Shown in pieces: positions 45,093 to 53,547 of a stretch of DNA of 64,000 nt. Position 1 is the first letter of the stretch; each line of letters opens with the position of its first letter. Source of the stretch: a virus. The translations under genes and the position numbers were made by a program. The DNA is taken from positions 1 through 64,000 of the IMG/VR virus record IMGVR_UViG_3300029267_000581; one strand, 5' to 3'. The notes under the pieces were generated by a model, which did no database searches, had not been told where the DNA came from, and worked only from the letters and a program-made list of their open reading frames with translations.

Positions 45093-45767
45093 CTAGTCCT
45101 CCAGACGAACCCGAAGCCAGGCCACTGCGACCCGAGCGATGTTATCGATGGAGCCACCATGCTTGATGGTCTTGAAGCTCATCTTGAGGTACTGCTTGGC
45201 GACTTCGATGTCGGCGGCCTCGCAGGCGTAGTCGACCAGAATCTCCGGGCGACGCAACACCTGGGCCTCTGTCAGCTTGCCGTCCGACAGGAACCACTCC
45301 ACCTCCAGAGCTGCACGGAACGCCTCGGCTTCGTAGATCGCTCGCTGGGCACGGTCGGCCAAGTAGCGGATCGCGAAGGACATGCCGTGTAGCTCCGCTT
45401 CGCGGAACTGCTTGACGTGGCGGTGTTCATGGACACAGGTGAGAAGCTGCGACTTCAGGCTGTGTTCCGGGGTTGCCTCACCAGGGTTGTACGGAACGTA
45501 GATGCGGTCGCCGAGCGTGGTCGTGTACCGCTCCATGAACCGTGCCACGTCGATGTGGCCGAGCTTGGCGAGGAACAGTGCAACCAGGCCGATCTCGTCA
45601 CCCTGGTTGAGATTGGTGAGATTGCGGAACATCTCGGACCAATCCTTGTTCCCGGCTGCACGGATGATCTTGATCAGATCATCGTCCTTGTGCAGTACGG
45701 TCGTGTCGTACCGCTCCTCCATGAATGCCCAGAAGTCAGCGACCAGCGATGGTGTCAGCTCCTTCAT
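45093..45767 (-). CDS. Hypothetical protein with an HExxH motif (VHEHRHV), a possible metallopeptidase
   Basis: 224-aa ORF. The motif was read directly. Confidence 0.5.
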   Translation of the reverse strand: MKELTPSLVADFWAFMEERYDTTVLHKDDDLIKIIRAAGNKDWSEMFRNLTNLNQGDEIGLVALFLAKLGHIDVARFMERYTTTLGDRIYVPYNPGEATPEHSLKSQLLTCVHEHRHVKQFREAELHGMSFAIRYLADRAQRAIYEAEAFRAALEVEWFLSDGKLTEAQVLRRPEILVDYACEAADIEVAKQYLKMSFKTIKHGGSIDNIARVAVAWLRVRLED

Positions 45768-46000
45768 TCTGCGCCCCCTTCCATGGTGTCGGGAAGGCAG
45801 GTGTGGTCACCGTCCTCCTCGCCGCAGGTGAAAGGCGAATCGCCCTGGACATCATCGCAGTCCATGACGGTCCTCCAGTGTCCACGGCTGTCGCAGACCT
45901 GAGCCTCCTGACCGTGGCATCGCGTGGCCTCGGAGATACAGGCTCCACAACCCGAGGTTGCAAGAGCGAGCGCCACGACCAGTGTGCAGACGTACTTCAT
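45764..46000 (-). CDS. Cys-rich lipoprotein (MKYVCTLVVALALATSGC...)
   Basis: Signal peptide plus lipobox LATSGC. The ATGA overlap with the exonuclease stop supports this start. Confidence 0.6.
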   Translation of the reverse strand: MKYVCTLVVALALATSGCGACISEATRCHGQEAQVCDSRGHWRTVMDCDDVQGDSPFTCGEEDGDHTCLPDTMEGGAE

Positions 46001-46572
46001 AGCTTCCCCTTCATTGACTTGAGCAGCTCGTAACACCGCTTGGCGTCAGCGAGTGCGTTGTGTTCGTCCTCCAGGGAGATCCCGAAATGGGAGCACACCG
46101 TGGAGAGGCGAGCGTTCTCGATCACGTTTGCTTTTCTCATCGGCCTCACCAGCGTCAGAGCATCCACGTTCAGCCGGGGTCTTTCCCTCGGCTTGATGCC
46201 AGTACGCTTCGAGGCGTTGTCGATGAACCGCAGCTCAAACGGTAGCTGGTACGCCGCCAGGATGCAGCCCTCCCAGAGCTTGAACAAGTGCTTCAACACC
46301 TCAGCTACCGAGTAGCCCCTGTCGCGCCAAAGCTGCGGGTCGTAGCCCGTCAACTCCAAGGCGACCGGGTCTGCCTCCTCCGGGGCGTCCACGTTTCCAG
46401 GCAGAACGTAGTAGAAGTGTTCCACCGCCTTGCCGTCAAGTCCGCCCGGAAGATGGATCATGCCCAACTGGGTGATCTCGTGTCTGTTGCGGAACCCTGT
46501 CGTCTCGACGTCGATCACGAGCCACGGGGCTGCGGTGTCGGCCTTGACCATGGGCCAGGGCTTCGGTTGCAT
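45997..46572 (-). CDS. DnaQ-like 3'-5' exonuclease (DEDDh)
   Basis: LVIDVETTG (Exo I) and EHNALADA (Exo III, H-type). Confidence 0.8.
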   Translation of the reverse strand: MQPKPWPMVKADTAAPWLVIDVETTGFRNRHEITQLGMIHLPGGLDGKAVEHFYYVLPGNVDAPEEADPVALELTGYDPQLWRDRGYSVAEVLKHLFKLWEGCILAAYQLPFELRFIDNASKRTGIKPRERPRLNVDALTLVRPMRKANVIENARLSTVCSHFGISLEDEHNALADAKRCYELLKSMKGKL

Positions 46573-46710
46573 GTGAACCTCCTCGGGGGGCCTCGCGCGA
46601 CGGCGAGCGAAATGAGCCGAAAAAGGGCAAAAAAGCGCCAACAAAATCGGCTCTCATTTGGACTGTTTGCTGAGTTGATCTGAATGGGATCGAATGCCTA
46701 GAAATTAGGC

Positions 46711-46872
46711 TTACTGGTTGGTACGCTGCTCTTCGTCAAGAGCGGTGAGTGATGGGCTGTACTGCCACCCAGAGCGGTGACCACAGCGAACGCAGATGAA
46801 CCTGACATAGACCTTACGCTTCTTTGTGCGCTTCTCGATCTCTGTCTTCTCGTGCTTACAGGTAGGACTCAT
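46711..46872 (-). CDS. Small zinc-ribbon protein (53 aa), absent from the ORF track
   Basis: My translation is MSPTCKHEKTEIEKRTKKRKVYVRFICVRCGHRSGWQYSPSLTALDEEQRTNQ*. It has an ATGA overlap with the upstream stop. Confidence 0.45.
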   Translation of the reverse strand: MSPTCKHEKTEIEKRTKKRKVYVRFICVRCGHRSGWQYSPSLTALDEEQRTNQ

Positions 46873-47249
46873 TTGTCTTTCTTCCGTGCCTTTGGTTTGT
46901 CCGGTCGCCGTGGTAGGCGCTCCAGCATGATGATGTGGAAAGGCTTGGACTTCCCATCCACCGAGAGGAGCACACGCCTACCTGTCTCCGGGATGATGGC
47001 AACGGTGTAGACCTTACCCCCGTGGGTCTTGAGCTGCTCAGACACACGGACTCTATCCCCACACTTGAACAGGTCAATGGCATCCTTGATCGGGATGAGA
47101 TCAGTCAGTGCCACACGCTGTACGTCAAGTGTGCCGCCTGGGCGTACCCAGACATTCCCTTCTCCTGCGGTGTCCCCGGCTGTGGCGTCAGGGACTATGG
47201 TGCCGTACAGCTCCCCGTCTGGAGTCTGTACGAAGTTAGGTTTGCTCAT
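46869..47249 (-). CDS. Hypothetical protein
   Basis: 126-aa ORF. Confidence 0.55.
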   Translation of the reverse strand: MSKPNFVQTPDGELYGTIVPDATAGDTAGEGNVWVRPGGTLDVQRVALTDLIPIKDAIDLFKCGDRVRVSEQLKTHGGKVYTVAIIPETGRRVLLSVDGKSKPFHIIMLERLPRRPDKPKARKKDK

Positions 47250-47473
47250 TCGTCTCCTTCTTTCCAGCCCTGACAGATAGCACAGTCACAGCCCTGTTCT
47301 GGTGTACGAGACATCGGATCTCCAGGCATTACCGACGGATTCTCCACATGGAATTTGTGGAGTACCCTGCGGACATAATCCTGGGCGTACCCGAGGCGGC
47401 GAGCTATCTGCCTGACACTCTGGCGGTCAGTGTAATACCGCAGGACGATTTCCCCCTCTTTCTGTGTCAGCAT
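47246..47473 (-). CDS. Small HTH protein resembling sigma-70 region 4 / LuxR-type HTH
   Basis: LTQKEGEIVLRYYTDRQSVRQIARRLGYAQDYVRRVLHK follows the L..re..v..l.y..g.s..eIA..lg.s...V pattern. Confidence 0.55.
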   Translation of the reverse strand: MLTQKEGEIVLRYYTDRQSVRQIARRLGYAQDYVRRVLHKFHVENPSVMPGDPMSRTPEQGCDCAICQGWKEGDE

Positions 47474-47855
47474 ACTTCTCCCTGTAGTACACGCTCGGTG
47501 TGCCGTACTGTATCTGGTGAGCTTTGTCGAAAACGCTTGCGGCGAACAGCCTTACTCGTTCGGGGATTACCCGTATCTGCACGGGACCGCCGATTGAGTA
47601 GATGGTGTGCCGGTTGCCTGGGTTCTCGTCGTACCTGTCGACCACCTCTCGGATGATGCAGTAGTTACAGGTAAGTCGCCGTAATTCTTGCGCTATTACA
47701 GCCTGACCCACTTCGTCTAGGCCATAGAACAGCGGCAAGCCTTTACGTCTGTCTACGCGCAGGTCTGTGACCACCCTCTGTGCGACCAGCCCACATAGCC
47801 AGCGCGGGTGAACCGTCATAGCCTGCGCCAGAGCGCGGGTGTTGACTGTATCCAT
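47427..47855 (-). CDS. Hypothetical protein
   Basis: 142 aa from MDTVNTRAL, with a 1-nt overlap on the upstream stop. Confidence 0.45.
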   Translation of the reverse strand: MDTVNTRALAQAMTVHPRWLCGLVAQRVVTDLRVDRRKGLPLFYGLDEVGQAVIAQELRRLTCNYCIIREVVDRYDENPGNRHTIYSIGGPVQIRVIPERVRLFAASVFDKAHQIQYGTPSVYYREKYADTERGGNRPAVLH

Positions 47856-48313
47856 CACCTCACCATGTCCATCGGGCACACCAGGACGTCGCCTACGATG
47901 TTCTGCCCTGAGATGAGGCTGGCCCCCGTATTCACGGGCTTACCCTTCAGCAGCCCTTCCTCGTCGACCAACATGATGTTGCGGGAGTCGAGACGGACTA
48001 TCTCGAAGTACCCGCCGACGATTGCGTGGATCTCGTCTCCGGTGAAGTCAGTGCCGTTCTTCGGGGTAATGGACTCGTACTCCCCAAGGCTCTTGTGCGT
48101 GGTCCGAATGACCTTCGCTCCGCTGATTGCCGGACGCTCCGGTAGCGGCTGTGGGGGTGCGTGATCAGCGTCCATGTCGATGACAAGAGGTTTGCCCTCG
48201 GACGCCTCTCGCGCGTGGGTGAGGCACACCTTGTACTCACCCATAGCCGTCTCAACCGCTGCGGCGACAGTCTTCTCACAGTTCACCACAGAGCACTTAT
48301 CTCGTCCCTTCAT
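47855..48313 (-). CDS. Hypothetical protein (the C-terminal half resembles DUF3846-type phage proteins, from memory)
   Basis: 152-aa ORF with the segment GGYFEIVRLDSRNIMLVDEEGLLKGKPVN. Confidence 0.5.
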   Translation of the reverse strand: MKGRDKCSVVNCEKTVAAAVETAMGEYKVCLTHAREASEGKPLVIDMDADHAPPQPLPERPAISGAKVIRTTHKSLGEYESITPKNGTDFTGDEIHAIVGGYFEIVRLDSRNIMLVDEEGLLKGKPVNTGASLISGQNIVGDVLVCPMDMVR

Positions 48314-48328
48314 TGCACCAGTCTCCCT

Positions 48329-48709
48329 TCACCCCTCAAAGCCTTCGACTCGGGGCATGTCCTGATCGCCGTCAGATCGACCGCGATTCTCAACGCACTC
48401 ATCACAGATCTCCGGGGAGCTTTCGTCGCACTCACGACAGAACTCACCGATGCCTGTGAACACAGGCTCACACGGGCACTCGTCGTCCGTAACGCCCACC
48501 GAGCCACACCTACTGCACCTTGGTCGTGAAGCCTGTTTCAGCCTCGCCAAGTCTGCCGCCATGTCAAGAACGCCCGGTATGGCGGCATACATATTGACCG
48601 GAATCCCATCGGGCCAGACCAGCCGAAGCAAGGTCTCTGTGATGGAATCCGCCACCCTGTTTATCGGCACTCGCTCCTCCCGTACAGGTGATCTGACGTA
48701 AATCAGCAC
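48329..48709 (-). CDS. Hypothetical Cys-rich protein
   Basis: 126-aa ORF. Confidence 0.45.
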   Translation of the reverse strand: MLIYVRSPVREERVPINRVADSITETLLRLVWPDGIPVNMYAAIPGVLDMAADLARLKQASRPRCSRCGSVGVTDDECPCEPVFTGIGEFCRECDESSPEICDECVENRGRSDGDQDMPRVEGFEG

Positions 48710-48954
48710 CTATTTTTGGGCGATCTGAATCCGATCACCCTGCCCCTGTTGTCCATTGAACACTGCGGGCACCAACAACTGTGACCCCTGAGCATCGCGA
48801 AGAATCCGATGGTGTATCCCCACCCATCTTCCTCCGCAATCTCACAGGCTGACAGCTCTGGAGCCGCAGGCGATGTGTACCTGTAGGGGGCGCTACGCTT
48901 CCCACAAGCGTCGCAAATGAGCGTAGCGAACTTCCCCTTGACCTCCACAGGCAT
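48703..48954 (-). CDS. Hypothetical zinc-ribbon-like protein
   Basis: 83 aa from MPVEVKGKF, with CDACGK...CWCPQC. Confidence 0.45.
   Translation of the reverse strand: MPVEVKGKFATLICDACGKRSAPYRYTSPAAPELSACEIAEEDGWGYTIGFFAMLRGHSCWCPQCSMDNRGRVIGFRSPKNRC
48722..48737. repeat. Copy of the dispersed 16-bp element (GATCTGAATCCGATCA, 1 mismatch)
   Basis: Direct reading, at a gene junction. Confidence 0.7.
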
Positions 48955-49397
48955 CAGGTGTGGACGCTCCAGTGTGGCCCCTTCGGTGCTCCGATTTCCA
49001 CAGTGAACGTACCGTCGTCCATGCCGCTCCCGTTGTGGAAGATGAGCCCACCGTTGAACCACGGTGCCCACTCGCTGTATACCGAGGTGACCTTCTTGCT
49101 TCCGTCATCCTCGTACCTGATGTGCTGTGAAATCTTCTTACGAGACTCCCACAGCAAGGAGAACGACAGTCGGGCGAAGTCGTATCCGAGCAGAACACGA
49201 ACTCTGTCCTTATCCCTGTAGTTGTGCAGGTACTTGAGCTGTTCCTCGAATAGCTCCAGCAGGTCAATCTGTCGAAGGAAGTTCCTGCGCTGGTCGGTCA
49301 ACTCGGGGTTTTCCGACTGCGTGTCGATCTCCTCCTGTAGCTCCTCGATGTCCTGAAGCACCTTGTGGAAGTATTCCACGTTCTCCACGTACAGCAT
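48954..49397 (-). CDS. Hypothetical protein
   Basis: 147 aa from MLYVENVEYF, with GGGAGG upstream. Confidence 0.5.
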   Translation of the reverse strand: MLYVENVEYFHKVLQDIEELQEEIDTQSENPELTDQRRNFLRQIDLLELFEEQLKYLHNYRDKDRVRVLLGYDFARLSFSLLWESRKKISQHIRYEDDGSKKVTSVYSEWAPWFNGGLIFHNGSGMDDGTFTVEIGAPKGPHWSVHT

Positions 49398-49480
49398 CCT
49401 GTCCTCCCTTTCCTTCGCCGAGACGTTCACGCAGTTCTTCGTTTTCGCGTCTCAGCTTGAACAGTTCCTTGCGGAGAGCT

Positions 49481-49972
49481 TCATTCTCCGCCCTTAGCCA
49501 CTCGTCCATGCGACCATCTCCAAGGTGTCGTAAGACACCGCAACAGCGGCTCCAAGACACTGAGTGCGTCGTCGTGTTCAACAGACTCCAAAGAATCGGT
49601 TATGCGCCAGAGAGCCTGGACGAACAACTCGTCCAGCATCCCTATGACAGCCTCCCGAGACTCGTCGTCCTCGTTGTCTGCAACGGAGAGGTCGTACTCC
49701 TTGTCGAGAAGGAGTGCCAACCACCTATCCCATCCTTGTCTCCTTGCGGTAGTACCGATGGGCTCCAGCTTGACCTTCAGTGTTGCCTCAGTGTCCTCGT
49801 ACTTCACGTTGATGAGCATCACTCGACGACGCTTCCATACTTGGACGTTGCACTCAAGGTCTCCGTCGATACCGGACCACTCACGATGCCCCTTCGCCGC
49901 TAGATGGATCGCCCGAGCCAGAGCTTTCGCCGGGATGCCTATCCACAGGTGAAACTCCTTCTTCTCGTGCAT
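49481..49972 (-). CDS. Hypothetical protein
   Basis: 163-aa ORF with GGAGGG upstream. Confidence 0.5.
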   Translation of the reverse strand: MHEKKEFHLWIGIPAKALARAIHLAAKGHREWSGIDGDLECNVQVWKRRRVMLINVKYEDTEATLKVKLEPIGTTARRQGWDRWLALLLDKEYDLSVADNEDDESREAVIGMLDELFVQALWRITDSLESVEHDDALSVLEPLLRCLTTPWRWSHGRVAKGGE

Positions 49973-50435
49973 CTGTACCCTCCATCAGCCCAATGGTCTT
50001 CTGCGCCTCGTCGTTGTACTCCACGGGTAGGAACCTGTGCAGGTAACCGTGGAGCCTTACGTTCGGATTGCTGGAAGGGCGAGGCCACTTCATGTATGCC
50101 TCACACTTACGTTTTATCCTTGGGGCGCAATCTTCACACCGGACATCGAACTGACACGGCTCTTGCAGCCAGGCTACGAAGAGCGCGTTGACCAGAACCT
50201 CTGCGAGAGCGTGACACGCCGGGTGCATGTGCCCGGTGAGCCAGAACTCGTCTATTCTCTCACGAACATGCAGGAGCCAGTAATGACCCCCACGGGGGTT
50301 TTCAGCTTGCGCTTCCTTGAGTCGATCTAATACAGATCGGAACCATGCGGGCCACTCTGTCAGCGCCCACTCTTCCCCTGCATCTGGAGAAACCAGTACC
50401 AACTCAGGGAGCCTAGCTGCACCTCTTTCAGCCAT
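49881..50435 (-). CDS. Hypothetical protein
   Basis: 184-aa ORF. Its 3' end overlaps the next gene by 92 nt. Confidence 0.45.
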   Translation of the reverse strand: MAERGAARLPELVLVSPDAGEEWALTEWPAWFRSVLDRLKEAQAENPRGGHYWLLHVRERIDEFWLTGHMHPACHALAEVLVNALFVAWLQEPCQFDVRCEDCAPRIKRKCEAYMKWPRPSSNPNVRLHGYLHRFLPVEYNDEAQKTIGLMEGTDAREEGVSPVDRHPGESSGSGDPSSGEGAS

Positions 50436-50761
50436 GATTTCTCCCCATACGCAACTCCTCTACGATGGGTCAGCTTGTTGAAGACCTGCGGAGGGCGAAC
50501 CATGAGTTTCTGCCACGGGTCGTCTACCTCTTCCCAGGACAGCCAGTGCATAGCGTTCATGTAGTGGAGGTGATCGCAGTATTTCTGGCGAGACAGCCCG
50601 CCATGATACCAAATGCTGTCTTTGTAGACAGGCTTCTGCAAACAGAATGGGGACCTACCCTCAGTGTGCCAAACCTTGACGCCGCCGATTTCCTTGGCGT
50701 ACCGCATGGCGCGAACATTGAGAGCGTCCATCTTCTGCAAGTGTACGATCTCCACCCCTAC
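50360..50761 (-). CDS. Hypothetical protein (start uncertain)
   Basis: Only the distal part of the 223-aa ORF is protein-like (VEIVHLQKMDALNVRAMRYAKEIGG...). The proximal part overlaps the better-supported 79-aa ORF. Confidence 0.35.
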   Translation of the reverse strand, partial: VGVEIVHLQKMDALNVRAMRYAKEIGGVKVWHTEGRSPFCLQKPVYKDSIWYHGGLSRQKYCDHLHYMNAMHWLSWEEVDDPWQKLMVRPPQVFNKLTHRRGVAYGEKSWLKEVQLGSLSWYWFLQMQGKSGR

Positions 50762-50798
50762 AGAAAGCACCGGCCTCCAACCGACGCCCAGAATCAAC

Positions 50799-51038
50799 CT
50801 AACTGCCAGCTCGGGGAATGAGGCCCCTTTTAGCAAGCCGTCTGGACAATTCCGAGCTACTGACACTGATGCCTGCACAGTCGGCGCAGGCACAACCAAT
50901 TTGGGGACCGAGATAGATGCACTTCTTTTTGAGCTTCCTACAGACCGGGCACTTTCCGAAGCCCATGGTCGCTCGGGCGTGCTCCCATCTCTCGTGGTCC
51001 ACAGACCTTTTCCGAGACTCCTTCTTGCCACCCGACAT
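50799..51038 (-). CDS. Small basic Cys-containing protein, first gene after promoter P4
   Basis: 79-aa ORF with GGAGGGAGG upstream and CPVCRK...CACADC. Confidence 0.45.
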   Translation of the reverse strand: MSGGKKESRKRSVDHERWEHARATMGFGKCPVCRKLKKKCIYLGPQIGCACADCAGISVSSSELSRRLAKRGLIPRAGS

Positions 51039-51046
51039 ACCTCCCT

Positions 51047-51090
51047 CCTGTACTAGAGTATATGTCCACAGGCGGCTGCGCGGAAAGTTT
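51047..51090 (-). promoter_or_regulatory. Copy P4 of the conserved promoter-like element (CTTTCCG-N13-GGACATATACTCTAGTACAGGAGGGAGG)
   Basis: Near-identical to P3. Confidence 0.6.
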
Positions 51091-51094
51091 TTCT

Positions 51095-51115
51095 AAAAGT
51101 AGGTGTGACACCTAC
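51095..51115 (-). terminator. Palindrome GTAGGTGTcACACCTAC followed by TTTT, immediately after the stop at 51117
   Basis: Same palindrome as 41585-41601. Confidence 0.55.
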
Positions 51116-51116
51116 A

Positions 51117-51899
51117 TCACTCTTGATCTGGGGCAGGAGGCTCTGGTGATCCGTCTGCGATCACCTCGGACTCCCCATCGCTGCCCTCAAGAGCCAAGCT
51201 GGCCTCACGCACCATCCTTGTGACAGCCTGATGACCAGCGGCATTCCGCTCTGTACGCGCCATGTAAGAATAGACCTGCTCCATGGCCTCGGGGTCAGAC
51301 TCGGTGACCTGCGCGACAGTCCTCTGTTGCTGGGCCTGAGCCTGATTCACATTTACCTGCACACCGGGGGCGTCTGACGTCATACCAGACATCCTTGCCG
51401 CCATGTCGAGAAGCTGTGTGTTCATGTGCATGACTGACTCGACATCTCGCACCTCGGGCTCCAGGGCTTTACGCTCCAGAATCATGCGCGAGATCTCATT
51501 ACCCTCAGCATACACGATGGGGCTGTCCAGTTGTCTTGAGGCATCTATGCGGTCAAGAAGACGACCACCGGACTCGGCCAGAAGTTTGCTGGAAAAAGCC
51601 TGAAGGTTCCCAAGGCGGCGGATTAGCTGCCCGTCCTGAATGGACATAGCCGCCTGTATTATCCGTGCCCTTCTGACCTTCAGAGGCTCGATCTCCCTTG
51701 TAGGGTCACCAGCATTGATGTACTTCGATACCGTCGAATGCGAGACGCCAAGCTCTTCAGCTATCTGCTCAGACGAATACTCCTTACAGTACAGGTCGAA
51801 CATTGCCTCGACGGTATCAACACGGATAGCGCGAGTCTTGCGGTCCTTCTTTTTCTTGCGCTTACTCTTTGGTATTTTGAACTTGAACTTTTTGGGCAT
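51117..51899 (-). CDS. HTH DNA-binding protein with a Lys-rich N-terminus (regulator or small-terminase-like, undecided)
   Basis: 260 aa. EQIAEELGVSHSTVSKYI is a clear HTH. Confidence 0.55.
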   Translation of the reverse strand: MPKKFKFKIPKSKRKKKKDRKTRAIRVDTVEAMFDLYCKEYSSEQIAEELGVSHSTVSKYINAGDPTREIEPLKVRRARIIQAAMSIQDGQLIRRLGNLQAFSSKLLAESGGRLLDRIDASRQLDSPIVYAEGNEISRMILERKALEPEVRDVESVMHMNTQLLDMAARMSGMTSDAPGVQVNVNQAQAQQQRTVAQVTESDPEAMEQVYSYMARTERNAAGHQAVTRMVREASLALEGSDGESEVIADGSPEPPAPDQE

Positions 51900-51907
51900 A
51901 GCGCCAC

Positions 51908-52690
51908 CTACGCGATGATGGCAGAGGCTACCACGTTGAACGGGTGGATGCTCTCCTGGCTATCGACATGGACAGTCCCCGAGATGATGCCGTCGATGTC
52001 CTTCAGAGCCGTCACGGCGTCCCGCACAACATCTTCGGCGAACTTCGGGTTGGCGAAGGCATCGGCGACGATCTGTTTCTCATCCGGGCGTTTCACGATG
52101 CCGTACACGGGGCTAGAGCCCGAGGTTCGTAGAGCAGCGATGACGTCCTCGATCCATACGTGGTTTCCTTGCGCGATCTGGACCTCGGCTGTGACCTCAC
52201 ACCTCTGCACATGAGCGGCTCTGTTGTCGTTGAGAGCCAGACTGCACGGACAGACGGACATGACCGGTACTGTGACGTGCATGTACTGGAAGACCATCGT
52301 GCCCGTGAGAGCCGCCTGAAGGACGGACCTATAGTACGCAGGGAACAGGTTGTCTGTGATCGGAGAACGATCATCAGGCACCCTGTAGTCGAACGAGTAC
52401 GCCGCCACGACGTGCTGACTCCCAAGGGCTTTCGCCACGTCGAGAACGAGCTGCTTCAGGATACCCTCCCCGGCCTTGTGCGGGCGTGTTTCCACAGCCC
52501 TAGCGATGCGGCTCAGATGTGTACCTTTCGAGTCCTCGTCAAGACGCACAGTGACGGTGAGGCTGGCGTCGTAAGGGACGTGCTCACCGTCCCTGTTCTT
52601 GAGAAGAAGCGGTGCCTTGACCCCGCTGAAACCGACCATGACAGGTATGCCCCTGTCGTCTCCTTGTGAGTGAATATCTGGCAAGCTCAT
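51908..52690 (-). CDS. folE2: GTP cyclohydrolase I type 2 (FolE2/MptA family)
   Basis: GTHLSRI matches THMSRF. VCPCS is the CPCS motif. AAHVQR matches AHNQR. QESIHPFNVVA matches ESIHNH.A. The start was chosen at MSLPDIH. Confidence 0.8.
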   Translation of the reverse strand: MSLPDIHSQGDDRGIPVMVGFSGVKAPLLLKNRDGEHVPYDASLTVTVRLDEDSKGTHLSRIARAVETRPHKAGEGILKQLVLDVAKALGSQHVVAAYSFDYRVPDDRSPITDNLFPAYYRSVLQAALTGTMVFQYMHVTVPVMSVCPCSLALNDNRAAHVQRCEVTAEVQIAQGNHVWIEDVIAALRTSGSSPVYGIVKRPDEKQIVADAFANPKFAEDVVRDAVTALKDIDGIISGTVHVDSQESIHPFNVVASAIIA

Positions 52691-52698
52691 CAGCCCTC

Positions 52699-53088
52699 CT
52701 ACACACCGCGCCAACCGAGGGCACCGGCGACCCACTGATCGACCTTGATCTCTCCGTGCATCGGTACGTTCACAGCGTTACCGCCTGTCTCGTCGATGCG
52801 AACCATGTACGTGTCATCCCTTGTCGGGTTCGTTATGGCACCTGTATCGAAGTCGTGGTAATACTCGCCAGGTGCGAGCGACGCCGATACCTCGGACATC
52901 TGCTGTTGTCGAGTTGTCCACCCAGCAGCCTTGAACGTGTCGTCGTTGAAGTCGTACCACTGCCCATCGCTTACGCGCTGTATCGAAAGCAAAACAGTGG
53001 TTAGCCCTGTCTGTGCGACCAGAGAACCATCCTTCAGAGCGGAGGTCTGAATGCGCTCCGTATCCCCTCCGAGTATACGAACCTGCAT
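52699..53088 (-). CDS. Hypothetical protein
   Basis: 129-aa ORF. Confidence 0.5.
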   Translation of the reverse strand: MQVRILGGDTERIQTSALKDGSLVAQTGLTTVLLSIQRVSDGQWYDFNDDTFKAAGWTTRQQQMSEVSASLAPGEYYHDFDTGAITNPTRDDTYMVRIDETGGNAVNVPMHGEIKVDQWVAGALGWRGV

Positions 53089-53091
53089 GAC

Positions 53092-53547
53092 TTACTCCGA
53101 CACCGGAAGCAAGACTTCCGCCTCTCCGTAGGTCCCATCAGGATTGATGACGGGCACACTCTCAGTAGTGAGGAAGGCATACAGCTCCGACTTGATACAC
53201 TCGTACATGGTCATGCCGGACGGAGGCGACATAGCGATACGCATGAAACCGTCGTAGGGGACAGTCTCCGTGCCGTCGTCGGGGCACACCGTCTCCAGAC
53301 CGTACCACTTCCCACACTCAGGGCACTTTCTGAGGGACCGTCCATTGTCGAGTGGGTGGTTGCCATCCTCGATCTTGAACTCCAGAGGAGGGCACATGGG
53401 ATTCGGAACAAACTCGTCTCCGTCCATTGTGCCCTCACAGACCCAGATGATGATCCACTGCTCGACGTTATCCTCAACCTTGAATGCCGCCACTTTCGCT
53501 GTGTCAGCGGGCGGCGGCACGATTGGATTCTTCAGCGGGACAGGCAT
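53092..53547 (-). CDS. Hypothetical protein with a CPECGKW...CPDDG zinc-ribbon-like segment
   Basis: 151-aa ORF. Confidence 0.5.
   Translation of the reverse strand: MPVPLKNPIVPPPADTAKVAAFKVEDNVEQWIIIWVCEGTMDGDEFVPNPMCPPLEFKIEDGNHPLDNGRSLRKCPECGKWYGLETVCPDDGTETVPYDGFMRIAMSPPSGMTMYECIKSELYAFLTTESVPVINPDGTYGEAEVLLPVSE

Noticed and set aside
49264-49581. Leucine-zipper-like ORF (MDEWLRAENEALRKELFKLRRENEELRERLG...)
   Set aside because: The first roughly 30 aa look real, but the rest overlaps the next gene by over 130 nt and degenerates into Gly/Arg junk. It is too ambiguous to call. It could be a short coiled-coil peptide or an artefact.
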